A DNA stretch of 64,000 bases from an uncultured Nitrospiraceae bacterium (GCA_963846575.1 CAWJWJ010000002.1:864001-928000); one strand, 5' to 3'. Shown: positions 20,471 through 30,946, counted from the first letter of the stretch. The notes: generated by a model not told the origin, from the letters alone. Made by a program: numbers and translations.

Positions 20471-20851
20471 TCAGTGCACGGTATTCTGTTGCTCCAGTTC
20501 CTGGGTAATGACGGTAAAAATCTTTTCGGGCACGAACTCTTTGGGCACGAAGGCGTTCGCGCCGACGGCCAGAAGAGCCGTCTCCACATCCCGGCTGGTA
20601 TGGCACGACATGCCGATGACGATCGTGTCCGGCAGGAGCGCCCGGATGCGCCGGGTAGCCTCGACCCCGTCCATACGCGCCATTCCGACGTCCATGAGAA
20701 CGACCTTCGGCCGAAGCGTCTGGGCCAGCTGAGCGGCGGCGATTCCGTCGGCTGCTTCGCCGACCACGCGGAACCCGGGCCGTTTATTTAAAATCGTCCG
20801 TAACGTTTCCCTGAGCTGCAGATTATCATCGACCACCAGAATTTCGACCAT
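20471..20851 (-). CDS. Stand-alone NarL-type receiver-domain protein
   Basis: ILVVDDN, VVGEAADG, VVLMDVGM, AFVPK; no DNA-binding domain. Confidence 0.88.
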   Translation of the reverse strand: MVEILVVDDNLQLRETLRTILNKRPGFRVVGEAADGIAAAQLAQTLRPKVVLMDVGMARMDGVEATRRIRALLPDTIVIGMSCHTSRDVETALLAVGANAFVPKEFVPEKIFTVITQELEQQNTVH

Positions 20852-21419
20852 GGGTGACCTCCTTCGAATAAGGCAGAAGGCTGCAGTACTTACGCTAACA
20901 TAAGTTTGCGGTGACGCGAATCAAATTGCAGAAGTCGCCGGGGGTTCCCGACCGGCTCGTTCTTGACGCCCGCACAGGCTCCGTGTAGGGTCGCCTCATG
21001 GCTGCCTGAGGTGACTGCTCGCATCGACTCCCGGATCGGCTTTCATGTCCCGGACCATGGTAATGTTTCTATTTGCTGCGGCGGCGGCGGCCGGATGGTC
21101 CGGCTCGGCACAAAGCCCGTGCGGGAAACAGCTGCGCGCCTCTCCGGAGAATTATCAGCGGGGTCTCGACAATGCCACCGGCCAGCAGGATAAGATGGGT
21201 TATGGCGATAATCAGAAGGCGCGAGCGGAGACCAGTGAAGACGGACTCGGTAACGTGAGAACAGCCCGGAACGCGGGGTGGCCGTTGGCCGGAGAAGGAT
21301 CCGCGCCCTGATCCATGACGCCGTGAGGCGCCGGTCTGAGCGGACCCCGGGTGGTCACCCGCTAGCCTTTGAAATGTTTGAAAGAGCGGCGTCTGAATGC
21401 GAGAGGAGAACGAACGCAG

Positions 21420-22685
21420 ATGGGAATGAGTCAACAACGACCGGTCGTGGCCATCCTCGTCGGAGGCGGGCCGGCGCCGGGCATCAATAGCGTGATCGGC
21501 GCAGCCACCATCCGGAGCATACTGGGCGGCTGCGACGTCATCGGCATCAGGGACGGCTTCAGGTGGATCATGGAGGGCGACACGAGCAAAGTCAGGCCCC
21601 TGTCGATCGAAGCCATCAGCCGGATCCATTTCAGCGGCGGATCCTGCCTCGGGACGGCGCGGGCGAATCCTACGCAAAAAATCGAGAGCCTGGATGCCTG
21701 CCTCGCGTCCCTTGCCAGACTCGGCGTCACGAGGCTGATCACCATCGGAGGGGACGATACGGCCTTTTCCGCGCTCAAACTGGAGCAGCGGGCCGCCGGT
21801 CGGCTCCAGGTCGTGCATGTGCCGAAAACCATCGACAACGATCTGGATCTGCCGCATGGCATTCCCACATTCGGGTTTCAAACCGCACGCCACATCGGGG
21901 TCGAGCTCGTGAAGAGTCTGATGGTGGATGCGGAGACGACCTCGCGCTGGTATTTCATCGTCACGATGGGTCGCAAGGCGGGACATCTGGCCCTGGGGAT
22001 CGGCAAGGCCGCCGGCGCGACGCTGACGCTGATTCCTGAAGAGTTCCGGCACAAGCCCATTCGCTTGACCACCCTGGTGGATATCCTGGCCGGTGCGATC
22101 ATCAAACGCCTCGGTGCGGGGAGGTCGGACGGCGTCGCGGTGCTGGCGGAAGGCCTGGTTGAAATCCTTGATCAGAAGGATCTGGAGGGATTGGAGGATG
22201 TGGAACGTGATCAGCATGGCCATGTGCGGCTGGCGGAGATCAACTTCGGATTTGTGCTCAAGCGGGCAGTGGAAAAGGCGCTGCGATCGCTCGGCGTCAA
22301 AATGACGGTCGTCGACAAAAACATCGGCTACGAGCTCCGCTGTGCGGACCCTATTAGCTTTGACATGGAATACACGCGTGATCTCGGGTACTGCGCGGCG
22401 CAGTTCCTGCTGGAGGGCGGAAATGCGGCGATGGTGTCGATCCAGAACGGTCGGTTCATCCCGATCCCGTTTGCGGAGATTTTAGATCCCGCGACAGGCC
22501 GCACCAGAGTGCGCATGGTGGACGTCGAGTCGGAGTCCTACGTGATCGCCCGTCGATACATGATTCGCCTCTCCCCGGATGACCTGAGCCAGCCGGAAGA
22601 TCTGGCTCGCCTCGCGACCAGCGCCGGATTGTCACCGGACGACTTTCGCAAGCGGTTCGAGTACCTGACGTCGCAGAACCTGTGA
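21420..22685 (+). CDS. pfp: Pyrophosphate-dependent 6-phosphofructokinase
   Basis: GGGPAPG, GGDD and PKTIDND (Asp/Lys signatures of PPi-type PFK), MGR, GYELRC. Confidence 0.9.
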   Translation: MGMSQQRPVVAILVGGGPAPGINSVIGAATIRSILGGCDVIGIRDGFRWIMEGDTSKVRPLSIEAISRIHFSGGSCLGTARANPTQKIESLDACLASLARLGVTRLITIGGDDTAFSALKLEQRAAGRLQVVHVPKTIDNDLDLPHGIPTFGFQTARHIGVELVKSLMVDAETTSRWYFIVTMGRKAGHLALGIGKAAGATLTLIPEEFRHKPIRLTTLVDILAGAIIKRLGAGRSDGVAVLAEGLVEILDQKDLEGLEDVERDQHGHVRLAEINFGFVLKRAVEKALRSLGVKMTVVDKNIGYELRCADPISFDMEYTRDLGYCAAQFLLEGGNAAMVSIQNGRFIPIPFAEILDPATGRTRVRMVDVESESYVIARRYMIRLSPDDLSQPEDLARLATSAGLSPDDFRKRFEYLTSQNL

Positions 22686-22745
22686 TCTCTCAATGATGGA
22701 TCGGCAGACAGAGGATGCTGATAGCCGGATTGGGTTATCGAGTTG

Positions 22746-23696
22746 ATGGTTGATCCCACCCCTGACAGTGAGATTCATCTCTCCTTTGAAAACCAGCGGG
22801 CTGTTGTGTCTCCCTGGGGGGCCGCCTTACGCCGGTATTCTTTGCTGGAGGCAGAGGGCAGCGAAACCGACGTGGTCTGGGGCTATTCCGGAGGCGGACA
22901 AAAGAGGGGCGGGCAGGGGGATGTCCTCATTCCCTTTCCGGGACGCGTTGCGGAGGGCCGCTACTCGTTCGACGGACGGACCTTTCAGCTCGAACGAAAC
23001 GACAAGGAGGGGCCGAATGCCATTCACGGATTTGTCCGTACCTTGCCCTGGGCGGTGCGCGATCTACAACCGGCTGGCGTCACCTTCGAGGTGACGCTCG
23101 ATGCCGACGCCTATGGACGACGGGGATATCCCTTCACACTGGCCATCAGCGTGAGCTATAGCCTGCAGCAGGAGGGTCTGGCCTGCTCATTTTCCCTGCG
23201 GAATGCCGGCCGGCCGGCAGCGCCGGTCGGGGTCGGCTTTCACCCCTATTTCACGGTCGGCACGGCGCGCATCGACGAAGCCGAAGCCAGGATCCCCTGC
23301 GCAGGGTATCTGGAATTCAATGATCGGCTCGCGCCGACGGGCGCCGTTCTGGATGTGGCTGAAACGGAATGGGACTACCGTCGGTATCGCAGGATCGGCG
23401 TCCGCCGGTTCAATCACTGTTATGTGAATCTGGAGCGCGATGCGGAGGGGATGGCTACCGCTTCTCTACGGCATGAGGGGTCCGGTCGGGCGATCGACAT
23501 CGTGATGGACCGGTCATTCTCCGCTGTCGTGGTCTACACCGGAGATGCCATTGCCGACGTTCCCCGACGGGCATTGGCCATTGAACCTATGACCTGTGCG
23601 ACTGACGCCTTGAACCATCCCGAGTGGGGTTTGAAGCGGCTCCTCCCCGCAGAATCCTTCGCCGGCCGTTACCTGGTCAGACCGGGCCGGACGTAA
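22746..23696 (+). CDS. Aldose 1-epimerase family protein
   Basis: LIPFPGRV, NAIHG, GFHPYF, AIEPMT. Confidence 0.9.
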   Translation: MVDPTPDSEIHLSFENQRAVVSPWGAALRRYSLLEAEGSETDVVWGYSGGGQKRGGQGDVLIPFPGRVAEGRYSFDGRTFQLERNDKEGPNAIHGFVRTLPWAVRDLQPAGVTFEVTLDADAYGRRGYPFTLAISVSYSLQQEGLACSFSLRNAGRPAAPVGVGFHPYFTVGTARIDEAEARIPCAGYLEFNDRLAPTGAVLDVAETEWDYRRYRRIGVRRFNHCYVNLERDAEGMATASLRHEGSGRAIDIVMDRSFSAVVVYTGDAIADVPRRALAIEPMTCATDALNHPEWGLKRLLPAESFAGRYLVRPGRT

Positions 23697-23798
23697 ACTG
23701 CTCCCGGAAAATCTTCCTGCTGGGCTTTGCACGCCGCCGCCTGCATCGCAGCGATAGATCCCTTTGCTCAGCCACAGGTCTTGGCGATGCCAGCTCCG

Positions 23799-25559
23799 TC
23801 ACGAGGGCCGGCTGGCTTCGATAATGCGGAATCGCACCTCATCGACCTGGTTATAGGCCGAGGCCTGTTCGCCTGCGAATAGGCCGCACCGATACAGGCC
23901 GGGAGTCCAACCAGCGACCGGACGCGGGAGGACAAAATATCCCGACTGGTCGCTCGTGGACATGATGAGGTGATCCTGTGCGACGGCGGTCTGTGTCCCC
24001 GTGACCTCGGCGGTTTCCTTGAAACATCGCGCGGCGAGCGGAACCTCATCGTAGGAGGCCGTCACCAGGCCGAATACCAGATAGATCTCCTGCTGCGTGG
24101 TGGGAAAACTGATTCCCGGATTCAAGGGAATAAAGTCATGGGCCCCTGTGGGTGAATCGTCCCGCATGACTTTCCTGGCCGGGATGACGAAGCGGAACCA
24201 GGCAAAATCCGCGTCCCTGCCCACGAGTGAGGCCGCCGTATCGAGGTATTTCTGCGGTGCCAGTTTGTTCATGGCGGTCGCCGCCAATTCCTGTTCCGAA
24301 GCAATGGCCGGAGCGGCGGGCTGGCTCGCGGCGGCCTTTTTCGCCGCTTCAATCTCCCGTACAAGGTCGGGGACGTGCGGCCGGATCGTATCCAGCCAGC
24401 GCGCCAGTTTGTGTTTATCCAAGACCCGTGTTCCCGTAGGAAGCATCACGTCCTTCGTCGCCTTCTCGAACTCCACCGTCGCATCGTAGAGAACCTTGAA
24501 CTGGATATAGGCATCTTCCCATTGCCCCAGATCCACCAGACATTGGCCCATTCGGTAGACCGTTGCCGCATAATCCTCATCGGTGGGATCGAGATCGGAC
24601 ACCTTCTTGAAAATCGTGACGGCCTCCTTGCACCGGCCCAGATTCATGAGGATGAGTCCGAGATGTTGCGTGGCGAGAGGATCCATCGGGTTGAGGAGCA
24701 GCAGCTGTCGATAAACCGGCTCGGCTTCCTGAAACCGTCCGGCCTCGAACAACCTGTACCCCTCGGCGCGAATCATCGACCAGTCGATGAGTTGTTGCGG
24801 AGTGGCGTCCGGGGTCATCACGGGAGTAAATCGCCGCCCGCGTTCCGTCGAGACAGAAAAGGCGGTCACTAAATTTTTGGCGGACAATTCCAGCGGAGAA
24901 CCGGGCGGGACTCGCTCCAGAACGAGCTGCACGTCCCGGTTGGCCCCGTCATAGTCCAGCACATCAAAACGCGCTCGCGCCATGGCCAAACGCCAGCCCA
25001 GCAGATCCGGGGCCAGTTCCACGGCTCGCTGATAGGCCTTGAACGATTCTTCCAGGCGGTCCAGTTTGCGCAGTTCACGCGCGAGCCGCAGGTGGATCAG
25101 CGGATTGTCGGGATCGAGTGCGGCGATGCGCTGTAACTCGTTGAAGGCCTCCTCTCCCTGTCCCGAACGCACCAGCACACTCCATTTGGCCCATCGGACA
25201 TCCAGCGCAGTGGGCGTGGTGGCCAGGACGATATCGTAGGATTCCAGGGCTTCCTGGGTGTGACGCGACGTCGCCAACATGTCGCCGCGGAGCTGATACA
25301 GAGCGAGTGCCTGGGGATTGTCACGCAGCCCGCGGTCCACGATGTCGAGTGCCAGGTCGAGTGTGCCCTGCTCCCAGGCGGCCTGTGCGCGCTGCGCGAC
25401 CTGGGCTTCCGGGCGGGGCGAAAGGTCGTTTGCCCCTGTCGGGGGAATGGCGAACAGGGTGAGTAACAGCAACAGGGCCGGAATCCTTCCAGGGGACAGA
25501 TGTCTCAGACCTTCGACGGTTCCTTGCAGGAGGGGTGGCATGATGCGATGTATGAGCAT
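23799..25559 (-). CDS. Exported TPR protein with beta-rich C-terminal domain
   Basis: Signal-like N-terminus, tandem TPRs (LDPDNPLIHLRLA, LNPMDPLA), GWTPGLYRC..VRFRI tail. Confidence 0.82.
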   Translation of the reverse strand: MLIHRIMPPLLQGTVEGLRHLSPGRIPALLLLLTLFAIPPTGANDLSPRPEAQVAQRAQAAWEQGTLDLALDIVDRGLRDNPQALALYQLRGDMLATSRHTQEALESYDIVLATTPTALDVRWAKWSVLVRSGQGEEAFNELQRIAALDPDNPLIHLRLARELRKLDRLEESFKAYQRAVELAPDLLGWRLAMARARFDVLDYDGANRDVQLVLERVPPGSPLELSAKNLVTAFSVSTERGRRFTPVMTPDATPQQLIDWSMIRAEGYRLFEAGRFQEAEPVYRQLLLLNPMDPLATQHLGLILMNLGRCKEAVTIFKKVSDLDPTDEDYAATVYRMGQCLVDLGQWEDAYIQFKVLYDATVEFEKATKDVMLPTGTRVLDKHKLARWLDTIRPHVPDLVREIEAAKKAAASQPAAPAIASEQELAATAMNKLAPQKYLDTAASLVGRDADFAWFRFVIPARKVMRDDSPTGAHDFIPLNPGISFPTTQQEIYLVFGLVTASYDEVPLAARCFKETAEVTGTQTAVAQDHLIMSTSDQSGYFVLPRPVAGWTPGLYRCGLFAGEQASAYNQVDEVRFRIIEASRPS

Positions 25560-25864
25560 GATCGGAATCTCGTAGTTAGTGTGGGATATCTACAGTCATG
25601 GTCCAACGCGAGCGCACAACACAATAGTCAGGTGTCCAAGCAACATTCCCTGGCTTGGTGATTAGAGTCATCCTTCCGGGGAAGGATTCGCGAAGCCGCA
25701 GGTCCCACGCCGATGGATTAGCTTACTGCACGAACGGCTGTTGTTGCGAGGGATCCTGGGTCCGGAGGGGGGATGGGATCGGGGGAGCGGCTCCCTTGCC
25801 GGGTCGGTTCAACCCTCGTGCGTCGCCCGGGAAAGCGGTGGTGCCGAGACGCCATCGCCCGGCA

Positions 25865-27427
25865 TTACCGCACGGTGACGAACCGGCCCTGTGCCATGGT
25901 TCTCAGCTGATCGATGTCTTCGCGACGGGTGATCGAGAGGGGGACGGTCTGGGCCAGTTCCTTGAGCAACAGCGCGGTCGTCAATGGCTGCTTTTCATGC
26001 AGCGCACGATATAACGCGGCAACGACGGCCTGTTCGATTTCGGAACCGCTGAAACCATCGCTCATCTTGACGATGGTGGCGAGATCGAACTGTGGGGGCT
26101 CCTGTTTGCGAAGCGCCAGATGAATCCTCCAGATGGCTTCCCGTTCCGCCTGATCCGGCAAGTCCACGAAAAAGATTTCGTCGAACCGGCCTTTCCGCAG
26201 GAGTTCGGGAGGCAGGGCGTTGAGATTATTGGCGGTCGCGACCACGAACACGTCCTGTCTTTTTTCCTGGAGCCAGGTGAGAAAGGCGCCGAACAGCCGT
26301 CGGCTCAACCCCGCGTCGCCGTCGCCGCTACCGCCGCCCGCGACCATGGCCTTTTCGATTTCGTCGATCCACAACACGATCGGGGAGAGCGATTCCGCCA
26401 GTTCGATGGCCTTGCGGAAGTTCTTTTCGGATTCCCCGACGAACTTGTCGAACAGCCGGCCGGCGTCGAGTTTGAGTAACGGAAGTTGCCATGCCCGGGC
26501 GATGGCCTTGGCGGCCAGCGATTTGCCGCAGCCGGGGACGCCGACCAGCATGAGCCCTCGTGGAGGGGCCAGGTTCAGCGCTTGGGCCTCAGGCGTGAAC
26601 CCGACCTTTGCCCGTTCCAGCCAGGATTTGAGGTTCGCGAACCCGCCCAGTTCGAACCGGTTGTCTTCCAGCGGATAATATTCCAGCAGCCCGCCGTCCT
26701 TGATCGTCTGGACCTTCCGTTTCAGAATCGTCTGCACGTCATCCGCGGACAGCGAACCGTCTTCCACGATGCATTGCGTAATGACCTGCCGGGCCTGGTG
26801 GAGCGTCATGCCTTGCAAGGCGCGAAGGATAGCCTCACGTTCCTGCACGGCCAGTTGGGTTTCCGCCGGTTTGGACTCGGTCATGGAGTTGAGGAGGCTT
26901 TGTACGACCGTGGTGGATCGTGGACGACGAGCCGGCGTTCCCGACCCGAGAGATTGAAGGACACTGCTGAGCATGGACTGGAGCTCGTTCCGGTCCGGCA
27001 GCTGCAGATCGAGCCGGACCGCGAGCTGTTCGATATCCGCTGGAAGGGTAATAGGATGGCCGGTCAGTAGGCAGGTCGACCGCGAGCGGCCATAGAGGGC
27101 CGCCACCTCGCGCAGCTGCCGTGCGACCGCGGCCTCCTGCAGGTGCGGCGCAAGATCCTTGAGCCAGAAGATCCCTTCCACGGTCAGCCCGTTGAGATGC
27201 TGGAGGACGGCTAAGGGGGTCGACGTCATCTTGCTCAGCGTCGATCCATCGTCGCGCCTGGTGAGGCCCCTGGTAATCGACCATTCGAAGAGGGGCATGC
27301 GCTCCTGGCCGGCCACCGATTGCAGCAAGGTGAGCACCCGCTCTTCTTCTACCGTTTCGATGACGATGATCGGATGGCAGGACCGGACGAGGGTGCGGAG
27401 ATCATGGACACTGGTTGAGCGGGCCAT
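25865..27427 (-). CDS. AAA+ ATPase, Ycf46-like
   Basis: IETVEEER N-domain, GVPGCGKS Walker A, IDEIEK Walker B, LPPELLRKGRFDEIFFVDLP. Confidence 0.92.
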   Translation of the reverse strand: MARSTSVHDLRTLVRSCHPIIVIETVEEERVLTLLQSVAGQERMPLFEWSITRGLTRRDDGSTLSKMTSTPLAVLQHLNGLTVEGIFWLKDLAPHLQEAAVARQLREVAALYGRSRSTCLLTGHPITLPADIEQLAVRLDLQLPDRNELQSMLSSVLQSLGSGTPARRPRSTTVVQSLLNSMTESKPAETQLAVQEREAILRALQGMTLHQARQVITQCIVEDGSLSADDVQTILKRKVQTIKDGGLLEYYPLEDNRFELGGFANLKSWLERAKVGFTPEAQALNLAPPRGLMLVGVPGCGKSLAAKAIARAWQLPLLKLDAGRLFDKFVGESEKNFRKAIELAESLSPIVLWIDEIEKAMVAGGGSGDGDAGLSRRLFGAFLTWLQEKRQDVFVVATANNLNALPPELLRKGRFDEIFFVDLPDQAEREAIWRIHLALRKQEPPQFDLATIVKMSDGFSGSEIEQAVVAALYRALHEKQPLTTALLLKELAQTVPLSITRREDIDQLRTMAQGRFVTVR

Positions 27428-27655
27428 AGGAGTGCGATGCTAACACGGGGTATGCACGTCACCAAGAAAAGCGGCAATTGCGGCGGGGCCTGCCTGCTAC
27501 GGACAGACGACTCGCCGATGCGTGATTGGTGACAAGGGGGAATTGGGAAGGTGGCCATGGGGAGCACCGGCACGCCCTGTTCCAGACCAGCTCAGGAGAG
27601 TCCCGGGGCGAGCAGATGTCAGTCTTCCTGCAGCCCTTCGTACTGGTCCATGGAG

Positions 27656-28513
27656 CTAGACATCATTTTCCGTCAGGCAGCGTCCGAGGCCCTGTTGCTC
27701 GGCCAGATGATAGGCGTAATGCAGGGCGGCCAGATTCGCGACACGTTCCTCGGCCTCCTCCCGGCTGTCCGTATAGACGATCTGAACGCCATATCGCGCC
27801 GTCAGCGCGTCGAGGAAGTCCACCATGCCGTTCCGGTGGTACTGGCCCAGGCGCCCGCCGCCCGTATTGTATTGAATGGTGCCTTCGATGAGCAGGAATC
27901 GATGTGGAACGGTGAGCAGCGGCTCGAGCTCACGTAAGAATCGGGGACGATGGTCGGAATGGTTCGAGAAGATCGTGTTGAGTTCCTCCACCCGCCGGCG
28001 TTCCACGCAAAAAATATGGGGCGCTTCCGCAATCGCGTAATCACCCGCCTGCAAGGCCTGGCGCTTCGTGCCGGCGATGCGCACCAGTCCCTTGAATTCG
28101 TAGGGCAGCTGCTCATGGATGTCCACCAGTACATGGATGGCCGGGACCATGATCTTGGGATGGCTGAAACGAGTCACGTTGAGCATGGTTTGAGGGCCGC
28201 GCAACTCCTGCCTAGGTCGCGGGGCCGGCTGCGGCCGCGGCGGCGACGTTCGTGGCGGCGGGTTGGTCGAGGGAGTCTGTTGCCGGGCGGCGTCGTAACG
28301 GGTGCGCGCAGCGGGGTCGCTCAGGATCTGATAGGCCTGATTGATCAACTGGGTGCGGGCTTCGGCTTTTCGATGCAGGGTCGGGGAATGCACGAAGCGA
28401 TCCGGATGCCAGACCTGCATGTGCTCGTGCCAGGCCCGTTTGATTTCCGCTTCGGTGGCGGTGGAAGAAAGTTCCAGGATGGCGTAGTAGTTGGTGGTCC
28501 GTTCGTCCCGCAT
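27656..28513 (-). CDS. DnaJ (J-domain) - ERCC4/XPF-like nuclease domain fusion
   Basis: NYYAILEL..WHPDRF..INQAYQILSDP; Pro-rich linker; VDIHEQ..GDYAI..VERR..RFLREL..LLIEG. Confidence 0.8.
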   Translation of the reverse strand: MRDERTTNYYAILELSSTATEAEIKRAWHEHMQVWHPDRFVHSPTLHRKAEARTQLINQAYQILSDPAARTRYDAARQQTPSTNPPPRTSPPRPQPAPRPRQELRGPQTMLNVTRFSHPKIMVPAIHVLVDIHEQLPYEFKGLVRIAGTKRQALQAGDYAIAEAPHIFCVERRRVEELNTIFSNHSDHRPRFLRELEPLLTVPHRFLLIEGTIQYNTGGGRLGQYHRNGMVDFLDALTARYGVQIVYTDSREEAEERVANLAALHYAYHLAEQQGLGRCLTENDV

Positions 28514-28695
28514 CGGTTTTCCCCGCTAGGATCAGCAAAGTGTAACGGAGTCCAAGGGGAAATCGCCAGATTGAAATCACCGGCCGGCGGGTGTCTGCGC
28601 GCAAAACGGCTTGGCATTGTGCGTGACGGGGAGCCGGTGTATGGTACGCATCCGGACAATCTGAGTGCACATCCATTCCATCGGAGGCAAGGCTC

Positions 28696-29715
28696 ATGGT
28701 TCTGGTCACAGGCGGTGCGGGGTATATCGGGTCGCATACCTGCGTGGAACTTCTCCAGGCGGGTCGGGATGTCACGGTGTTCGATAACTTTTCCAACAGT
28801 CATCCTGAGTCATTGGAACGGGTCCAGCGCATCACGGGAAAGTCGCTTCGCCTGATACGAGGGGACTGTCGTGACCGCGCGGCCCTGGTGGCGGCGCTCC
28901 GTGAGAGTCGAGCCACCGCGGTGATTCACTTCGCGGGTCTCAAGGCCGTGGGAGAGTCTGTCCAGCAGCCGTTGGCCTACTATGACAACAACGTGACCGG
29001 CTCCCTTCGCCTCTTGGAAGCCATGGGCGAATGCGGGGTGAGGCAGCTTGTGTTCAGCTCCTCCGCCACGGTGTACGGCGATCCGCAACGGCTGCCGCTG
29101 ACGGAAGACCAGCCGCTGTCCGCCACCAATCCCTACGGGCGAACCAAGCTGATGGTCGAAGAGATCCTGCGCGACCTGCATCGGAGCGAGGCCTCGTGGC
29201 GAATCGGGATTTTACGGTATTTCAACCCGGTGGGGGCGCATGCCAGCGGGTTGATCGGTGAAGATCCCCAGGGCATTCCGAACAATCTGCTGCCCTTCGT
29301 GGCGCAGGTGGCGGTGGGGCGGATGGCATGTCTCAACGTGTGGGGCAACGATTATTCCACTCCGGACGGCACGGGGGTGCGGGATTACATCCATGTCGTC
29401 GATCTGGCGTTGGGGCATCTCAAGGCGCTGGACTCGCTTGCCCGGTTGGATCATCAGGCCGACTGCCTGACCGTCAACCTTGGAACCGGGAAGGGCTACA
29501 GCGTACTGGAGATCGTGCGGGCATTTGAAACGGCGAGCGGCAGGCCGGTGCCCTACAAGATTGCGCCTCGCCGCCCCGGGGATATCGCCGCCTGTTATGC
29601 GGACCCCCAGCAAGCGTTGACGATGTTAGGTTGGCAGGCGACGCGTGGCCTGAGCGAAATGTGCGCGGATGCCTGGCGCTGGCAAAGCACCAATCCCAAG
29701 GGGTACGTAGGGTGA
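28696..29715 (+). CDS. galE: UDP-glucose 4-epimerase
   Basis: GGAGYIGSH, HFAGLKAVGES, YGRTK, LRYFNPVGAH, TGVRDYIHV. Confidence 0.97.
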   Translation: MVLVTGGAGYIGSHTCVELLQAGRDVTVFDNFSNSHPESLERVQRITGKSLRLIRGDCRDRAALVAALRESRATAVIHFAGLKAVGESVQQPLAYYDNNVTGSLRLLEAMGECGVRQLVFSSSATVYGDPQRLPLTEDQPLSATNPYGRTKLMVEEILRDLHRSEASWRIGILRYFNPVGAHASGLIGEDPQGIPNNLLPFVAQVAVGRMACLNVWGNDYSTPDGTGVRDYIHVVDLALGHLKALDSLARLDHQADCLTVNLGTGKGYSVLEIVRAFETASGRPVPYKIAPRRPGDIAACYADPQQALTMLGWQATRGLSEMCADAWRWQSTNPKGYVG

Positions 29716-29818
29716 ACCAGACACCCGGCATGGCTCGTTCCCGCATTGGAACAGGCGCCTGGCGCCGGAGCGCGGAAAGCAGTAGACTCCGTCGCACGAT
29801 GGCACGGCCTCAGCGAGC

Positions 29819-30877
29819 ATGACAGTCGAACTGGTGACCTGGATCGGGATCGCGATCTGTCTCAGCCAATCGGCCCTGTTCTCCGGGCTGAATCTCGCAG
29901 TCTTCAGCCTGGGCCGGCTGCGACTGGAGGCGGAAGCGGCGAGCGGCAATTACGCCGCGCGAACCGTCCTGAAACTGCGCGACTCCTCCAATGACATCCT
30001 GGCCACGATCCTCTGGGGGAATGTCGGCATCAACGTCCTGCTCACCCTGCTGTCGAACTCGGTCATGGCCGGGGTCAGCGCCTTTCTCTTCTCGACGTTC
30101 ATCATTACAATTCTTGGTGAGATCGCCCCGCAGGCCTATTGTTCCCGTCATGCCATGCTGGTGGCGGCCCGCTTCTCCTCCGTTCTTCGGGCCTACCGTC
30201 TCCTGCTCTTTCCCGTCGTCAAGCCCACCGCGATGGTACTGGACGCATGGCTCGGCAAGGAAGCCATTGCCTACTTGCGCGAGGCGGAAATCAAGGAAAT
30301 CCTCCGCCGGCACATGATGAACGAGAAGACCGAGGTCAGCCGTCTGGAGGCGATCGGCGCGTTGAATTTTCTGACGATCGACGATATTCCGGTCGAGCAG
30401 GAGGGGGTACCCGTGGCCCCGGAGAGCATTCTCCAAGTGCCGTTTCATGACGGGGTCCCGGAATTTCCTTCCTTCCGGAAGTCTCCGGACGATGCGTTTC
30501 TCCGGCAGGTCAATGCCGCGAACAAGCCCTGGGTGGTCATCGTGGACGAGTGGAAGGAGCCACAGTTCATTCTGGATGCCGATGGGTTTCTGCGCCACGC
30601 TCTCCTCACGGATCAGGAGACCGATCCCGCGGCCTATTGCCATCGACCCGTCATCGTCCGTGACCCCAAGGAGCCGCTGGGCAAACTGCTGGAGCAGCTC
30701 AGTTTTGATCGGACCTCGCCCAGTGATCATTTGATCGCGGAAGACACGATTTTATTGTGGCGGAGCGAGCCGCGCCTCGTCACCGGTGCCGACCTCCTGG
30801 GCCGCCTGCTACGGGGGATCGTGAAACGGACGCGCACGGAAGAGTCCGAGCCTGAGGGACCCGGCCGGGAGGGCTGA
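29819..30877 (+). CDS. DUF21/CNNM domain membrane protein with degenerate CBS region
   Basis: SALFSGLNLAVFSL, LATILWGNVGINV, GEIAPQA. Confidence 0.85.
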   Translation: MTVELVTWIGIAICLSQSALFSGLNLAVFSLGRLRLEAEAASGNYAARTVLKLRDSSNDILATILWGNVGINVLLTLLSNSVMAGVSAFLFSTFIITILGEIAPQAYCSRHAMLVAARFSSVLRAYRLLLFPVVKPTAMVLDAWLGKEAIAYLREAEIKEILRRHMMNEKTEVSRLEAIGALNFLTIDDIPVEQEGVPVAPESILQVPFHDGVPEFPSFRKSPDDAFLRQVNAANKPWVVIVDEWKEPQFILDADGFLRHALLTDQETDPAAYCHRPVIVRDPKEPLGKLLEQLSFDRTSPSDHLIAEDTILLWRSEPRLVTGADLLGRLLRGIVKRTRTEESEPEGPGREG

Positions 30878-30946
30878 CCGGGCGCGGTTGAGGAAACTAT
30901 GGCTGCCAGCGGTGAAACTGGGACAGCCGGAATGATCGTGCCGACG

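Noticed and set aside
21045..21311. 88-aa ORF with an Ala-rich N-terminus
   Set aside because: No RBS or recognisable motif; cannot be supported as a gene
25865..27427. AAA ATPase as the eCIS-associated ATPase partnering the sheath
   Set aside because: Sequence is Ycf46-like and lies 12 kb away with unrelated genes in between
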